Shown in pieces: positions 21,112-30,821 of a stretch of DNA of 64,000 nucleotides. The translations under genes were made by a program, and so were the position numbers. A model generated the notes under the pieces. That model searched no databases and was not told the DNA's origin. It worked only from the letters and a program-made list of their open reading frames with translations. The stretch comes from Gammaproteobacteria bacterium (GTDB lineage Bacteria > Pseudomonadota > Gammaproteobacteria > GCA-001735895), in contig JANTFI010000003.1 in the NCBI GenBank assembly GCA_024763505.1, forward strand, positions 784-64,783, written 5' to 3'. The stretch's first letter is position 1. Each line of letters begins with the position of its first letter.

Positions 21112-21749
21112 GTCGTTTTACACAGGTTGATAAAGTTTTGCATCAGCACCAGTCCGGCGGTTGCACTTTTTTCCGGATGAAACTGGCAGCCATAACTATT
21201 ACCCTGCCCGATCACCGAGGCAAAGCGATGATCCTGATATTGCGTGGACGCCAGCACAGCATCCGGTTCATCCGGCTGCGCGACAAAGCTGTGCACGAAA
21301 TACATATCCTGACGTGCATCGATATCTTGCAGCAAGGGCGTGGAAGCCTGCGCCGGTTCGACCCGGTTCCAGCCGATATGCGGCAGCTTCAGTGGCTTGT
21401 CGCGGTGTTGATCCATGCGCCGGACTTGCCCCGAAATAATCCCCAAACCGCGATGCTGACCGAATTCATCGCTTTGATCGAGCAATAACTGCATGCCCAG
21501 GCAAATCCCGAGCAACGGTCTTTGCCGCTCGACCCGCTCGCGAATACTGTCATCCAGCCCCAGATGCCCGATTTGCTGCATCGCGTTACCGAAAGCGCCA
21601 ACCCCCGGCAGAATCAATCCCTCGGCCTCGGTGATGATTTTCGCTTCGGCGGTCAATACCGGTTCCGCACCACCCTGTTGCAATGCGCTGGCGATGCTTT
21701 TGACATTGCCCACACCGTAATCGGCAATTGCGATGCGACAGGGTTTCAT
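21108..21749 (-). CDS. imidazole glycerol phosphate synthase HisH-like glutamine amidotransferase (WbuY-like)
   Basis: 213 aa with IAIADYGVGNVKS...LPGVGAF and a class-I GATase Cys-His-Glu catalytic arrangement. Start/stop overlaps with both neighbours. Confidence 0.85.
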   Translation of the reverse strand: MKPCRIAIADYGVGNVKSIASALQQGGAEPVLTAEAKIITEAEGLILPGVGAFGNAMQQIGHLGLDDSIRERVERQRPLLGICLGMQLLLDQSDEFGQHRGLGIISGQVRRMDQHRDKPLKLPHIGWNRVEPAQASTPLLQDIDARQDMYFVHSFVAQPDEPDAVLASTQYQDHRFASVIGQGNSYGCQFHPEKSATAGLVLMQNFINLCKTT

Positions 21750-22504
21750 AGGCGCACCGGTATCGAATGGCTGGCGAGGGTTTGTTTCAATGCGCCAACG
21801 TCACTGTTGCGGTAATGCAGCATCGAACCGACCGCGGCGGCATCGACCACGTCATGCGCCAGCACTTTGGCGACATCCTCGTTTGTCCCGGCCCCGCCGC
21901 AATAAATCATCGGCACTTCGACTACCGATTGCAATTCGTCGAGCAGCGCCAGATCATAACCCTTGCGGGTGCCATCGCAGTCGATCGAAGTCACCAGCAA
22001 TTCGCCAGCACCGGCTTGCTGGTAGCGTTCAACCAGTCGCCGGACGCTGAATTCCGAGGCTTCGCGCCCATTGTCGTAATACGCCTGCCATTGCTTCGGG
22101 CCGGTTTTTTTCGCCTGCACCGAACCAATGATGGACTGGCTGCCAAACACTTGCACCGCCTCGCGCAGAAAGTCGATTTGTTGAATCGCCCGGGTATTGA
22201 TCGCCACCTTGTCGGCCCCGGCCTGCAGCGCCTGACGAATGTCTTCGATGCTGCGGATGCCGCCGCCGACGGTGATCGGCACGAAGATATCCTGCACCGC
22301 CTGGCTGATGATATGCGACAGCGAATTGCGATCGTAATAAGCCGCCACCGCATCGATCAGCAGGATTTCATCAACGCCCTGGCGGTAGTATTTCAGCGCC
22401 ATTGCATTCGGTTCACCAACCTTTCTCAAGCCTTCCAGATGGATGCCCTTGATGACGTGCTCATTCTTGATATCGAGCCGGGCGACGATGCGTTTTTTCA
22501 TCAC
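21746..22504 (-). CDS. imidazole glycerol phosphate synthase HisF-like cyclase subunit (WbuZ-like)
   Basis: 252 aa with (beta/alpha)8 HisF motifs (RIVARLDIKN..VIKG, VGGGIRS, CGGAG). Confidence 0.85.
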   Translation of the reverse strand: MMKKRIVARLDIKNEHVIKGIHLEGLRKVGEPNAMALKYYRQGVDEILLIDAVAAYYDRNSLSHIISQAVQDIFVPITVGGGIRSIEDIRQALQAGADKVAINTRAIQQIDFLREAVQVFGSQSIIGSVQAKKTGPKQWQAYYDNGREASEFSVRRLVERYQQAGAGELLVTSIDCDGTRKGYDLALLDELQSVVEVPMIYCGGAGTNEDVAKVLAHDVVDAAAVGSMLHYRNSDVGALKQTLASHSIPVRL

Positions 22505-23640
22505 AAATCCATTTCCTGAAACACTTTCTGGCGCGACAGTGATTCCAGATCCAGCGCTTGCAAAATCGCCAGAAAGCGTTCATCACTATCGCCCTGACCG
22601 AAATCATGCAGCTGGTTTTGTGACGGAATATCGCCGACGCGGATACGTTCCAGCGCCTGGCACACCGAGCTTTCCTCGTAATCGCAATTGATGATCGCCG
22701 GATTCAGCGAACGGCGTTGCTGTCGGTCACCGACATTGATGGTCGGCGTTTTGTAAAACGGCGCTTCGCGGATGCCTGCGCTGGAATTTCCGATGATGAA
22801 ATTCGCCTGTTGCAACAGTCGCAGAAAATATTCAAAGCGCAGCGATGGAAAGATACGAAAACGCTCATTACCCTGCAATTGCTCGATTTCACGTAGAATC
22901 ACGTCGCTGCCGAGATCATTATTCGGGTAAATCACCACGTAATTCAGCGGTGATTTTTTCAGCGCATTGAAAAATCGCCGGGCATGCTGTGGCATGCGCG
23001 AAACATCGGTGGTGACCGGGTGAAACATGACGATGCCATAGTGTTCGAAGTCGATATCGTAATAGCCTTTGACATGGTCGATGTCGGGCAAGTGCTGCGG
23101 ATTCATCAAATCCAGATCGGGCGAACCGATGATATGGATCGCGTCTTCCTTTTCGCCCAGTTGCAGCAGACGTTTGCGCGCTTCTTCATTGGCCACCATG
23201 TGCACATGTGCCAGTTTACTGATGGCGTGGCGGATCGAGTCATCGATGGTGCCGGACAATTCGCCGCCCTCGATGTGCACCACCAGCCGATTGTTGAAAC
23301 TGCCGACGATGGCCCCGGCCAACGCCTCGGGGCGGTCGCCATGCACGACGATGATGTCGGGTTGCTCCTCGGCCGCGAAATGCGACAAGCCATCGATGGT
23401 TTTGCCGAGCACGCGATCCATGTGGCAGACATCGTCGTGGTTGATGAACTGGAATACATTGCGGAAGCCGCACTTGAGCACTTCATCCACGGTTTTGCCG
23501 AAACGTGCATCCATGTGCATGCCGGTGGCGAAGATATGCACATCGAATTGCTCGGATTGATCGAGAATGGTAATCAGCGATTTGAGCTTGCCAAAGTCCG
23601 CCCGCGTGCCGGTCAGGAAAACGACTTTCTTGTTATCCAT
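22501..23640 (-). CDS. hydrolysing UDP/GDP-N-acetylhexosamine 2-epimerase (NeuC/LegG family)
   Basis: 379 aa. VVFLTGTRADFGKLKSL...HGDR.EALA...HIEGGE motifs match the hydrolysing 2-epimerase family. Confidence 0.8.
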   Translation of the reverse strand: MDNKKVVFLTGTRADFGKLKSLITILDQSEQFDVHIFATGMHMDARFGKTVDEVLKCGFRNVFQFINHDDVCHMDRVLGKTIDGLSHFAAEEQPDIIVVHGDRPEALAGAIVGSFNNRLVVHIEGGELSGTIDDSIRHAISKLAHVHMVANEEARKRLLQLGEKEDAIHIIGSPDLDLMNPQHLPDIDHVKGYYDIDFEHYGIVMFHPVTTDVSRMPQHARRFFNALKKSPLNYVVIYPNNDLGSDVILREIEQLQGNERFRIFPSLRFEYFLRLLQQANFIIGNSSAGIREAPFYKTPTINVGDRQQRRSLNPAIINCDYEESSVCQALERIRVGDIPSQNQLHDFGQGDSDERFLAILQALDLESLSRQKVFQEMDL

Positions 23641-23649
23641 GCGCGCGCG

Positions 23650-24738
23650 TCACCCGCTTGCACCGGACAGTTGCCCGGATGCCCGAGCGTTTGCCTGACC
23701 CGGTTGCCAGTCTTCGATATCCTCTGGCGTCAGGTGCTGATCGCGCTCGATATCCCGGCTTGCGCACTTGCCCAGCAAGGATTGATAATCGCGCGCGGCA
23801 ATCGCTCCGGTGCCGGGTCGCTTGACCCAAAGGTTGTCGGCGCTGAAGCGCTCTCCACGCTTGACCGCTGCGATGGTCACAACCGTGGCGAAGGCAAAGT
23901 CGCTGGTCACCTTTTCTTCCGCCGCGGCCTGTTTTTCGCCGCCCCGCATCAAAAAGATTTGCTCGCTGTCGCGCAGCAATTCGCGCAACTGTTTCGGGTC
24001 CATCGAGTTGATGATATCCGGCCCCTTGCGCCGTCGGGTGTCGGTGAAATGGCGCTCCAGAATGCAGGCACCGAGCGCAGTGGCGGCCAGACAGGCCAGA
24101 TTGTTTTCGGTGTGGTCCGACAAGCCGACCGGCAACTGCGGAAAGGCATCCATCAGCGCTTGCATCGCGCCCAGCCGCACCAACCTGCTCGGGGTCGGAT
24201 ACAGGTTGGTGGTATGCAGCAGCGCCAGCGGCACGTTGTGCCGGCCGATCACTTCGACGCTTTCGCGCACCGAGTCGAGATCATTCATGCCGGTGCTGAC
24301 GATCATCGGTTTACCGAAGGCGGCGATATGCTCGAGCAACGGCAGATTATTGCATTCGCCGGAGCCGATCTTGTAGGCGGGCACGTCTATTTTTTCCAGC
24401 CGATCGGCGGCGGCACGTGAAAACGGGGTGCTGATGAAGATCAGACCCAGTGATTCGACGTATTGCTTGAGCAGGATTTCATCGCACTCGTTCAGCGCGC
24501 AGGCTTGCATGATGTGATAAATCGAGCGCGGATCATTCCCCGGTACCACTGCTTTGGCAGCGTGGCTCATTTCATCATCCACCACATGGGTTTGATGCTT
24601 GATCACTTCGCAACCGGCCGCAGCGGCGGCATCGACCATTTTCATCGCGGTTTTCAGGGAGCCGCGATGGTTGATGCCGATTTCAGCGATCACCAGCGGG
24701 GGCTGGTCAGGGCCGATCTGTCGCTGTGCTATGTGCAT
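23650..24738 (-). CDS. N-acetylneuraminate/legionaminate-type nonulosonic acid synthase (NeuB family) with a C-terminal SAF domain
   Basis: [21 protein letters not shown] and LSDHT motifs plus a C-terminal antifreeze-like domain. The start is placed at the internal ATG (MHIAQRQIG...). The ORF-track start at 24789 would add 17 residues. Confidence 0.8.
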   Translation of the reverse strand: MHIAQRQIGPDQPPLVIAEIGINHRGSLKTAMKMVDAAAAAGCEVIKHQTHVVDDEMSHAAKAVVPGNDPRSIYHIMQACALNECDEILLKQYVESLGLIFISTPFSRAAADRLEKIDVPAYKIGSGECNNLPLLEHIAAFGKPMIVSTGMNDLDSVRESVEVIGRHNVPLALLHTTNLYPTPSRLVRLGAMQALMDAFPQLPVGLSDHTENNLACLAATALGACILERHFTDTRRRKGPDIINSMDPKQLRELLRDSEQIFLMRGGEKQAAAEEKVTSDFAFATVVTIAAVKRGERFSADNLWVKRPGTGAIAARDYQSLLGKCASRDIERDQHLTPEDIEDWQPGQANARASGQLSGASG

Positions 24739-24835
24739 GTTTTGCCTGTCTTTTCGGATGCCTGAGGTGCGCGCTTGGAGCCGAATCATACCCGATGTGG
24801 CGGGCGAACACAGCGCCAGCAGCGTGCCTGTCCAT

Positions 24836-26404
24836 TCAGCCGACCTGTTGCACCTTGCCGGGTGGCGTCTCGATCACCTGATACTCGCCTAACTGCTGGC
24901 GTAATGGTTCGAGCTGTCGCGCATAATGCTGGCTTGCGCCGATCGCCTGCGTATTGAGCGGCTGTCGAACCTGCTGATAAGACGCGGTATTGACCAGCGT
25001 GGGATTGCGGTAAAACTGCTCGAGCGCAGCCGGTTTTTGCAGTTGCAAAAACTCGAAGATTTTGTCGGTCTGTCGCTCGAAGTCGCAGACCAGGGTTTCG
25101 TAATCGACGGTCATGATCGCCTGCGGATAGCGCTCTTGCCAGATTTTCATCAGCTTGCGCTCGAGCGCGATAAAATGGGCGATATCTCGCTGGTTGGTTG
25201 CATAGCGGTGCGAATCTGCGAAGTTTTGTTTGTAGATCGACAAACCATTATCGAGCGGGTCGCGCTTGCAGTGTAAAATTCGCGCATTCGGTAGCATTTC
25301 CAGAATGAACCCCAGATACATGAAGTTGGAAGGCATCTTGTTGCTGACCCAGTGCAGTGCTTGCGGCTTTTGCCCGCTTTTGTGGATCAGGTATTCGCAT
25401 TTGTCCTGATACCATTCGGCCAGTTGCGGCAGTGGCTTTTTGTGTTCGGCATAGCTGTTGAAAGCCGACTCGATGAAATTCAATTCTCCGGCCGCCAGCA
25501 GTTGTGGATGCACATTGAGGATATGCTCCAGCAGCGAAGTGCCGGATCGCGGCAGCCCGACGATAAAAAGCGGTGCAAAATCGCGCCCCTGCCCCTGCAC
25601 CGCCATCTTGTCTTTCATCGCCACCCGGTTGCTGGTATCGATTACCCGGTTGAGTAATTGCTCGGCCTGCTTCGGGTCGTAGCCGCCGGTGGAACAGCGA
25701 TTCTGGCGTTCGAAGCAATTGAATGCCTGCGCATAAAATCCTTTCTTTTCATAGGTTTGGCCGAGCAGATTGAAATACGCCCGCTGCCAGCCCAGCGGTT
25801 GCGTATCCGGCTCGATACGTTTCAGGTAAAACAGGGCTTTTTCCACTTCACCCAGTGCCAGCCAGGCATTGGCCGGTGACAGTTTTTGCGGACTGCCTTG
25901 CAGGATCGCCTGATGCTGCGCCATAAAATGCCTGACCCGTTCCAGATCGCCCTTTTTTTCGTACAGATCGAGTAATTCGAATACGACATCGTCAAGCCCG
26001 GCATCGAAGGCCTTTTCCAACAGCACTTCGGCTTCATCCAGATGACCGGCGTCAATCAGAAAACTGCCGGTGCGGCGCATCACTTGCGGTTTGTCCGGGG
26101 TCATTTCCATACCCGTTAAAAAGCGCTGGTAGGCTTCCTGCTTGCGCCCCTGCATCGCCAGAATCTCGCCCACCACCAGATGAACATTGACCTGATGGTT
26201 ATCCATCAGCAGCGACAGTTCATAACACTTGAGCGCGGCTTCAAGCTGGTTGCACTGTTTCAATGCATGCGCCAGCATATTGTAACCATCGGCATTGTCC
26301 GGTTGCAGGTCGGTAATCCGGTTGGCGGTCATCACCGCTTGCTCGAATTCACCACTTTCCAGCTGTTGTTGATATTGACTGGTTAATTGTTGATATTTTT
26401 TCAC
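24836..26404 (-). CDS. TPR-repeat / sulfotransferase-domain fusion protein
   Basis: 522 aa. The N-terminal ~250 aa are TPR-like helical repeats. The C-terminal domain carries the PAPS 5'-PSB motif [11 protein letters not shown] and a 3'-PB-like RDPLDNGLS. It lies 14 nt downstream of the flgL stop. Confidence 0.75.
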   Translation of the reverse strand: MKKYQQLTSQYQQQLESGEFEQAVMTANRITDLQPDNADGYNMLAHALKQCNQLEAALKCYELSLLMDNHQVNVHLVVGEILAMQGRKQEAYQRFLTGMEMTPDKPQVMRRTGSFLIDAGHLDEAEVLLEKAFDAGLDDVVFELLDLYEKKGDLERVRHFMAQHQAILQGSPQKLSPANAWLALGEVEKALFYLKRIEPDTQPLGWQRAYFNLLGQTYEKKGFYAQAFNCFERQNRCSTGGYDPKQAEQLLNRVIDTSNRVAMKDKMAVQGQGRDFAPLFIVGLPRSGTSLLEHILNVHPQLLAAGELNFIESAFNSYAEHKKPLPQLAEWYQDKCEYLIHKSGQKPQALHWVSNKMPSNFMYLGFILEMLPNARILHCKRDPLDNGLSIYKQNFADSHRYATNQRDIAHFIALERKLMKIWQERYPQAIMTVDYETLVCDFERQTDKIFEFLQLQKPAALEQFYRNPTLVNTASYQQVRQPLNTQAIGASQHYARQLEPLRQQLGEYQVIETPPGKVQQVG

Positions 26405-26418
26405 CGTCTGTCTCCGTC

Positions 26419-27633
26419 TTACCTGAGGAAGTTGAACAACGAGGAACTGGTGATGCGGGCAAAAATGGCTTGCGCCGCATCCAGCGTGGTTTGCTCCAGC
26501 GATAACTGGCTGATGGCTTCGGCCAGATCGGTGTCGCGCAGCAGCCCGACCGTTTTCTGCGTGGTCAGAATAAAGGCATCGTTATCATCCATCTGCGTTT
26601 CGACTGCGTTGAGCCGTCCACCGATCGAGGTGCGCGTATTGAGTACATTGTTGAAAAAGGTATCGAGATCCTTTTGCACCGCACTGAGATTATCGTTGCG
26701 GATGTCCGAACTGCTGCCGAGCGTATCCATGAAGGCTTCCAGCGTCTGGAAGATGTCGCGGTACTGCCCCGGCGTGACACTGAAACTGTCGCCCACCGCC
26801 GGAGTTCCGGTAATCGAGGTGCGAATCCCGGCGAATTCAATCGGCGCACTGTCGCTATAGGTGCCGGTGCTGATCACTTGACCCGGCGTGTTGCTGCCCA
26901 GCGGCGGGCCGAGCACGCCATTGACATCGACCACTTCGTAATCGCTGGCGGTGGTGAAATTGATCTGGTAATCGCCGGGGGTGTACACAGTGGTATCGAT
27001 CACCAGCGCAGGTGCGATATTGGCGGTGACGCTGGTGGTGGATTCATTCAAGGCAAAATCGCTCGGCACTTGCATGAAGATGTCGATGCCATTGTCGTCG
27101 GAGCGAATCTGCCGGGTCTGGCTGATTTGAAACTGGCGGTATGCCTGATCGCCGTTATACACCACATGACGCATCGCGCCGCTGTGGGTCAGGGTGAAGG
27201 CTTCGTTCTGGTTGCGTGAACCGGCAAACAGGTAATTACCACTGTTGTCCTGGGTGTTGGACAGATTGAGCAATTCATCGAAGCGTTCCTCGATTTCGGC
27301 GCGGATCGCCTGCAGTGAAGTGCCGTCGTTGGAGCCGGAATTGGCCTGAATCGATAATTCCTTGATCCGGTAATAATTGTTTTCGATCGCGTTGAGCGTG
27401 GTTTCTTCCAGACGCAGGCGGTTTTCCGCCAGGCTGGCATTGCTGTTGTACTGCTCGATCAGGCTGACGGTTTGCTCCAGCTCGAGGATGCGTGCCGAAG
27501 CGACCGGATCATCCGATGGCTTGGTGATGCGTACCCCACTGGAGATTTGTTTTTGCAGGATCGACAGCTTGCTTTGCTGCTGGTTAAAGGCTTCGATGCC
27601 CTGAGTAAAGATTTGTGTGGATGAAATTCTCAT
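26419..27633 (-). CDS. flgL: flagellar hook-associated protein 3
   Basis: 404 aa with a flagellin-like N-terminus (MRISSTQIFTQGIEAFNQQQSKL...ISSGVRITKPSDDPVA) and C-terminus, following flgK. Confidence 0.85.
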   Translation of the reverse strand: MRISSTQIFTQGIEAFNQQQSKLSILQKQISSGVRITKPSDDPVASARILELEQTVSLIEQYNSNASLAENRLRLEETTLNAIENNYYRIKELSIQANSGSNDGTSLQAIRAEIEERFDELLNLSNTQDNSGNYLFAGSRNQNEAFTLTHSGAMRHVVYNGDQAYRQFQISQTRQIRSDDNGIDIFMQVPSDFALNESTTSVTANIAPALVIDTTVYTPGDYQINFTTASDYEVVDVNGVLGPPLGSNTPGQVISTGTYSDSAPIEFAGIRTSITGTPAVGDSFSVTPGQYRDIFQTLEAFMDTLGSSSDIRNDNLSAVQKDLDTFFNNVLNTRTSIGGRLNAVETQMDDNDAFILTTQKTVGLLRDTDLAEAISQLSLEQTTLDAAQAIFARITSSSLFNFLR

Positions 27634-27637
27634 GGTC

Positions 27638-29572
27638 TTACCTCACCGCGGCCAACAGGGATTCGAACAGGGTCTGGGTGGTGCTGATGATGCGTGAAGC
27701 CGCTTCATAGGCTTGCTGAAAACGCACCAGATCGGCGGCTTCTTCGTCCAGATTGACACCAGTCTTGGAGGACAGCCGGTCACGTGCCTGAATCAATACA
27801 GACTGCGCCGAGTCCCGTTGCAGCAGGGTCGAGGCGGTTTGCGAACCGACCCGGCCAACCATCGTGCTGTAGGCTTCCTGATAATTGCTGCTGCCTCCAT
27901 CGAGAATCCGGTCGACCTGCAGGTTGGCCAGCTCCAGCGCATTGCTATTGTCGCCGCGGGCATCATTGTTTGGCGTTACGGTCAGTACATCGCCGGCCGC
28001 CGGAATGCCGGACAGCTTGCTGCTCCAGCCATTGGATTCGATCACCATGTCGTTGCTGAAGGCGATCGGATTACCGGCGGTAATCAGGCTGCCATTGACG
28101 GTCACATCCGAGGTCGAGGTGAAGCTGGTGGCACTACTGAAGGTCAGGGTTACATTATCGAGCAAGTTCGGATTGGCGGCATCGGTAATGGCGCCGCGGG
28201 TGATGCGGGTGGTGCCGAGATTATCCAACGAGGCTTCGGTGCGAATCGGCGAGGCGGCTGCAATCAGCAGTGGATCGGTGGTCACCACATCAAAGCTGCC
28301 CGCGCCACCATAGGTCGGTTTGACCCGAAACCGGTCACCGGCGTTGGGATTGCCATCGACGGTTACGCTGAAGCCTTCGAACTCAATTGTGGTACCAGCC
28401 GGGTTGTGTGCCACCGGTGGCGACAGCGTGGTGCCGGAATCCGAGGTCATGGTCCAGTTGGCGCCATCAAACTCCAGCGTGTAATCGAAGCGGGTCAATT
28501 GCGTTACATCGGTAATCGCACTGCCCAGTATATTGGTGGTGCCGGAATTACCGTTGAACACCAGCACCTGCGGGTCGGCCACCGTAAAGAAATCCTGCCC
28601 CAGATCATTATTCAAATCCATACCGGCGCGTTGCTGTTCATTGAAGGTGTTGGCAATGGCGACGGCCACCCGACCGAGATCATTGCGGGTTTCGCTCATG
28701 ACGGTATCACGAAATTCCAGCAAGGCACCCAACTCGCCGCCTCCGCGCAGTGAATCACTGAGATCGAGCACCTGCGAAAATCCGTTATACACGATGACAT
28801 CCTTGGACGGATCACCGGCATTGGGGATTGCACCGAGAGTAAACGACTTGACACCATTGAGCACGGTCTGGCCATTACCGATCAGGATGGTGATATTGTT
28901 GGAGTCGGATTCATTGATGACAGTGATGTCGATCTTTTCCGATAATTGCAGCAGCAACTTGTCGCGGGTGTCGAGCAGATCGGAGGATTGCTGACTATTA
29001 ATGCCACTTGGGCTGATCTTGTCCAGATCGAGATTGACCTTGCGGATGCTTTCCACCAGATCATTGATTTCGGTCACTACGCTGCGAATATCCTTTGCGG
29101 TGTTTTCTTCCAGTTGCTGAAAGCGGGTATTGATATTCTGAAATCGGGAGGCCAGCGTATTGGCGGTATTGATCATGTTATAGCGCGCGGTGCTGGAAGA
29201 CGGGTCATCGGCGACATCCTGCACCGAGGAAAAGAATTCGTGCAGCACCGGCGAAATTCCGCCTTGTGGGTCAGCCAGAACGTCATCGACATGTCCTTCG
29301 AGCTCGGCCAGAAAATCCAGCTTGCTGAAGGACGAAGTGGTGTTGCGCATTTCGTTGGTCAGAAACTGGTTATACAGGCGGTCTACCGACTCGACCCGCG
29401 CGCCATTACCATAATTCAGCCCGCCGATAATCGATGGTGGCTGGGTGGTGATGCTGACGCGCTGGCGACTGTAGCCATCGGTGTTGACATTGGCGATATT
29501 ATGGCTGACCGTTCCGAGCGCACGTTGGAAACTGAGCAGCCCGGAAACCGCCGTATTGAGCATATCAGGCAT
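27638..29572 (-). CDS. flgK: flagellar hook-associated protein 1
   Basis: 644 aa with an FlgK N-terminus (LNTAVSGLLSFQRALGTVSHNIANVNTDGYSRQ) and C-terminal helices. Confidence 0.85.
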   Translation of the reverse strand: MPDMLNTAVSGLLSFQRALGTVSHNIANVNTDGYSRQRVSITTQPPSIIGGLNYGNGARVESVDRLYNQFLTNEMRNTTSSFSKLDFLAELEGHVDDVLADPQGGISPVLHEFFSSVQDVADDPSSSTARYNMINTANTLASRFQNINTRFQQLEENTAKDIRSVVTEINDLVESIRKVNLDLDKISPSGINSQQSSDLLDTRDKLLLQLSEKIDITVINESDSNNITILIGNGQTVLNGVKSFTLGAIPNAGDPSKDVIVYNGFSQVLDLSDSLRGGGELGALLEFRDTVMSETRNDLGRVAVAIANTFNEQQRAGMDLNNDLGQDFFTVADPQVLVFNGNSGTTNILGSAITDVTQLTRFDYTLEFDGANWTMTSDSGTTLSPPVAHNPAGTTIEFEGFSVTVDGNPNAGDRFRVKPTYGGAGSFDVVTTDPLLIAAASPIRTEASLDNLGTTRITRGAITDAANPNLLDNVTLTFSSATSFTSTSDVTVNGSLITAGNPIAFSNDMVIESNGWSSKLSGIPAAGDVLTVTPNNDARGDNSNALELANLQVDRILDGGSSNYQEAYSTMVGRVGSQTASTLLQRDSAQSVLIQARDRLSSKTGVNLDEEAADLVRFQQAYEAASRIISTTQTLFESLLAAVR

Positions 29573-30674
29573 ATTGGCCTCCTTGTGGCGCGGTCAGTGC
29601 CAGCGCCTGTTTCAGGGTGTCGCCACGCATGATATTTTCGATCTTGCGGGCGTAATTCGGGTCGGTGGCATAACCGGCCTGCTGCAGACCGCGCACATAA
29701 TGGCTGTCGCTTCCCTGATGCTGTAACGCGGCGGCATAGCGCGGACGGGATTGCACGAAATCGACGTAATCGGCGAAGGCATCGGCCAGACTGTCATAGG
29801 CACGGAAGCGGGCGGATTCCTGCTGCATCGCACCACTGCGAAATTCCAGCGTATTGCGGGTGACCGATTGCCCCACCCAGTCGGCTCCGGCCTTGATGCC
29901 GAACAGGTTAAACGCGATGCTGCCATCATCGCGTCGCATGGCATGTTTTCCCCAACCGGTTTCCAGTGCTGATTGCGCGACCAGCACTTGCGCTGAAACC
30001 CCGAGCTTCGATGCCGCTTGGCGGGCGTGCTGCCAGATACCGCTGACAAAATCATCTGCCTGCTGCCAGCCATAAAATGGAGTCAGCGCCTGCGACTTAA
30101 GCCCGGTCGGCTGCGTCCCGGTCACCTGTGTATGGCCAGAGTCTTTTGCGGCCGCTGGCATGGACTCTGGCGTTTGGTCAGACGGTGAAATTGCGTTTTC
30201 CAGACGAAGTTGATGCGCTTTGACCCGGGGGTTTTCCGCCTGATAATTCATTTTCTGCATGGGCAGGGTATGAGCTTCCGGCAACGGTAATTGCCGTGAT
30301 GGCAACGCCTTGCCTGCAGCGGTCACCGGGTCGGCAGATCCCTGCCGCTGCGATTGCTGCGGCTGCAATTGCCTTTGCATCATGTCGGCAATCCCGATAC
30401 CGCCCTGTCGTGACAGGTTCAGCGCCAGCTGCTTGTCATACATGTCGCGGTAAAAGTCCATATAGCTACTGTGCTGGGCGGGGTCCACCGTAGCTGCAGA
30501 ACGCATATTCTTCAGCATCATTTGCACAAACAGGCCCTCAAACTGCTGCGAAACCGCGCGGCTGGCCTCGACGGAATCCTGCCGCGCGGCCAGCTTCAGC
30601 TTCGAAAACTGCTGCATGTTCATATACAGTTCGGGGGGTGCTGTCTGCATCATGACGGGGTTGTCGTTATCCAC
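29565..30674 (-). CDS. flgJ: flagellar rod-assembly protein / peptidoglycan hydrolase FlgJ
   Basis: 369 aa. The N-terminal rod-binding domain (EGLFVQMMLKNMRSA) is joined to a C-terminal glucosaminidase domain (FGIKAG..W). It overlaps the flgK start. Confidence 0.8.
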   Translation of the reverse strand: MDNDNPVMMQTAPPELYMNMQQFSKLKLAARQDSVEASRAVSQQFEGLFVQMMLKNMRSAATVDPAQHSSYMDFYRDMYDKQLALNLSRQGGIGIADMMQRQLQPQQSQRQGSADPVTAAGKALPSRQLPLPEAHTLPMQKMNYQAENPRVKAHQLRLENAISPSDQTPESMPAAAKDSGHTQVTGTQPTGLKSQALTPFYGWQQADDFVSGIWQHARQAASKLGVSAQVLVAQSALETGWGKHAMRRDDGSIAFNLFGIKAGADWVGQSVTRNTLEFRSGAMQQESARFRAYDSLADAFADYVDFVQSRPRYAAALQHQGSDSHYVRGLQQAGYATDPNYARKIENIMRGDTLKQALALTAPQGGQYA

Positions 30675-30696
30675 GGAAGAAAGTCAGGTGGATAAA

Positions 30697-30712
30697 TGCA
30701 GGAATTGCGCCA
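30697..30712 (-). promoter_or_regulatory. candidate sigma54 promoter upstream of flgJKL
   Basis: Minus strand reads TGGCGCAATTCCTGCA, against the consensus TGGCAC-N5-TTGCA, with GG-N10-GC spacing exact. It is only about 24 nt from the annotated GTG start, so either the start or the promoter call may be off. Confidence 0.3.
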
Positions 30713-30821
30713 ACTTTTGGATTCCGGTAATTCAACCAGCTCCAACGGTTGAAAAAAGTACGGGACTCAAGCAGAATCATGCACGGAAATTTCTGTTAAC
30801 CTACTGTTTCAGGGAAGAAAA

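Noticed and set aside
19795-21180. 207-aa and 247-aa plus-strand ORFs
   Set aside because: Antisense to the PP-loop amidotransferase, which has strong family motifs.
22984-24420. 478-aa plus-strand ORF and several shorter ones across the NeuC/NeuB region
   Set aside because: They run entirely antisense to well-supported NeuC- and NeuB-family genes. Their composition is low-complexity and Arg/Gly/His-rich, typical of stop-poor antisense frames in GC-rich coding DNA.
27713-28753. 346-aa plus-strand ORF
   Set aside because: Antisense to flgK, Gly/Arg-rich, with no motif. Spurious.
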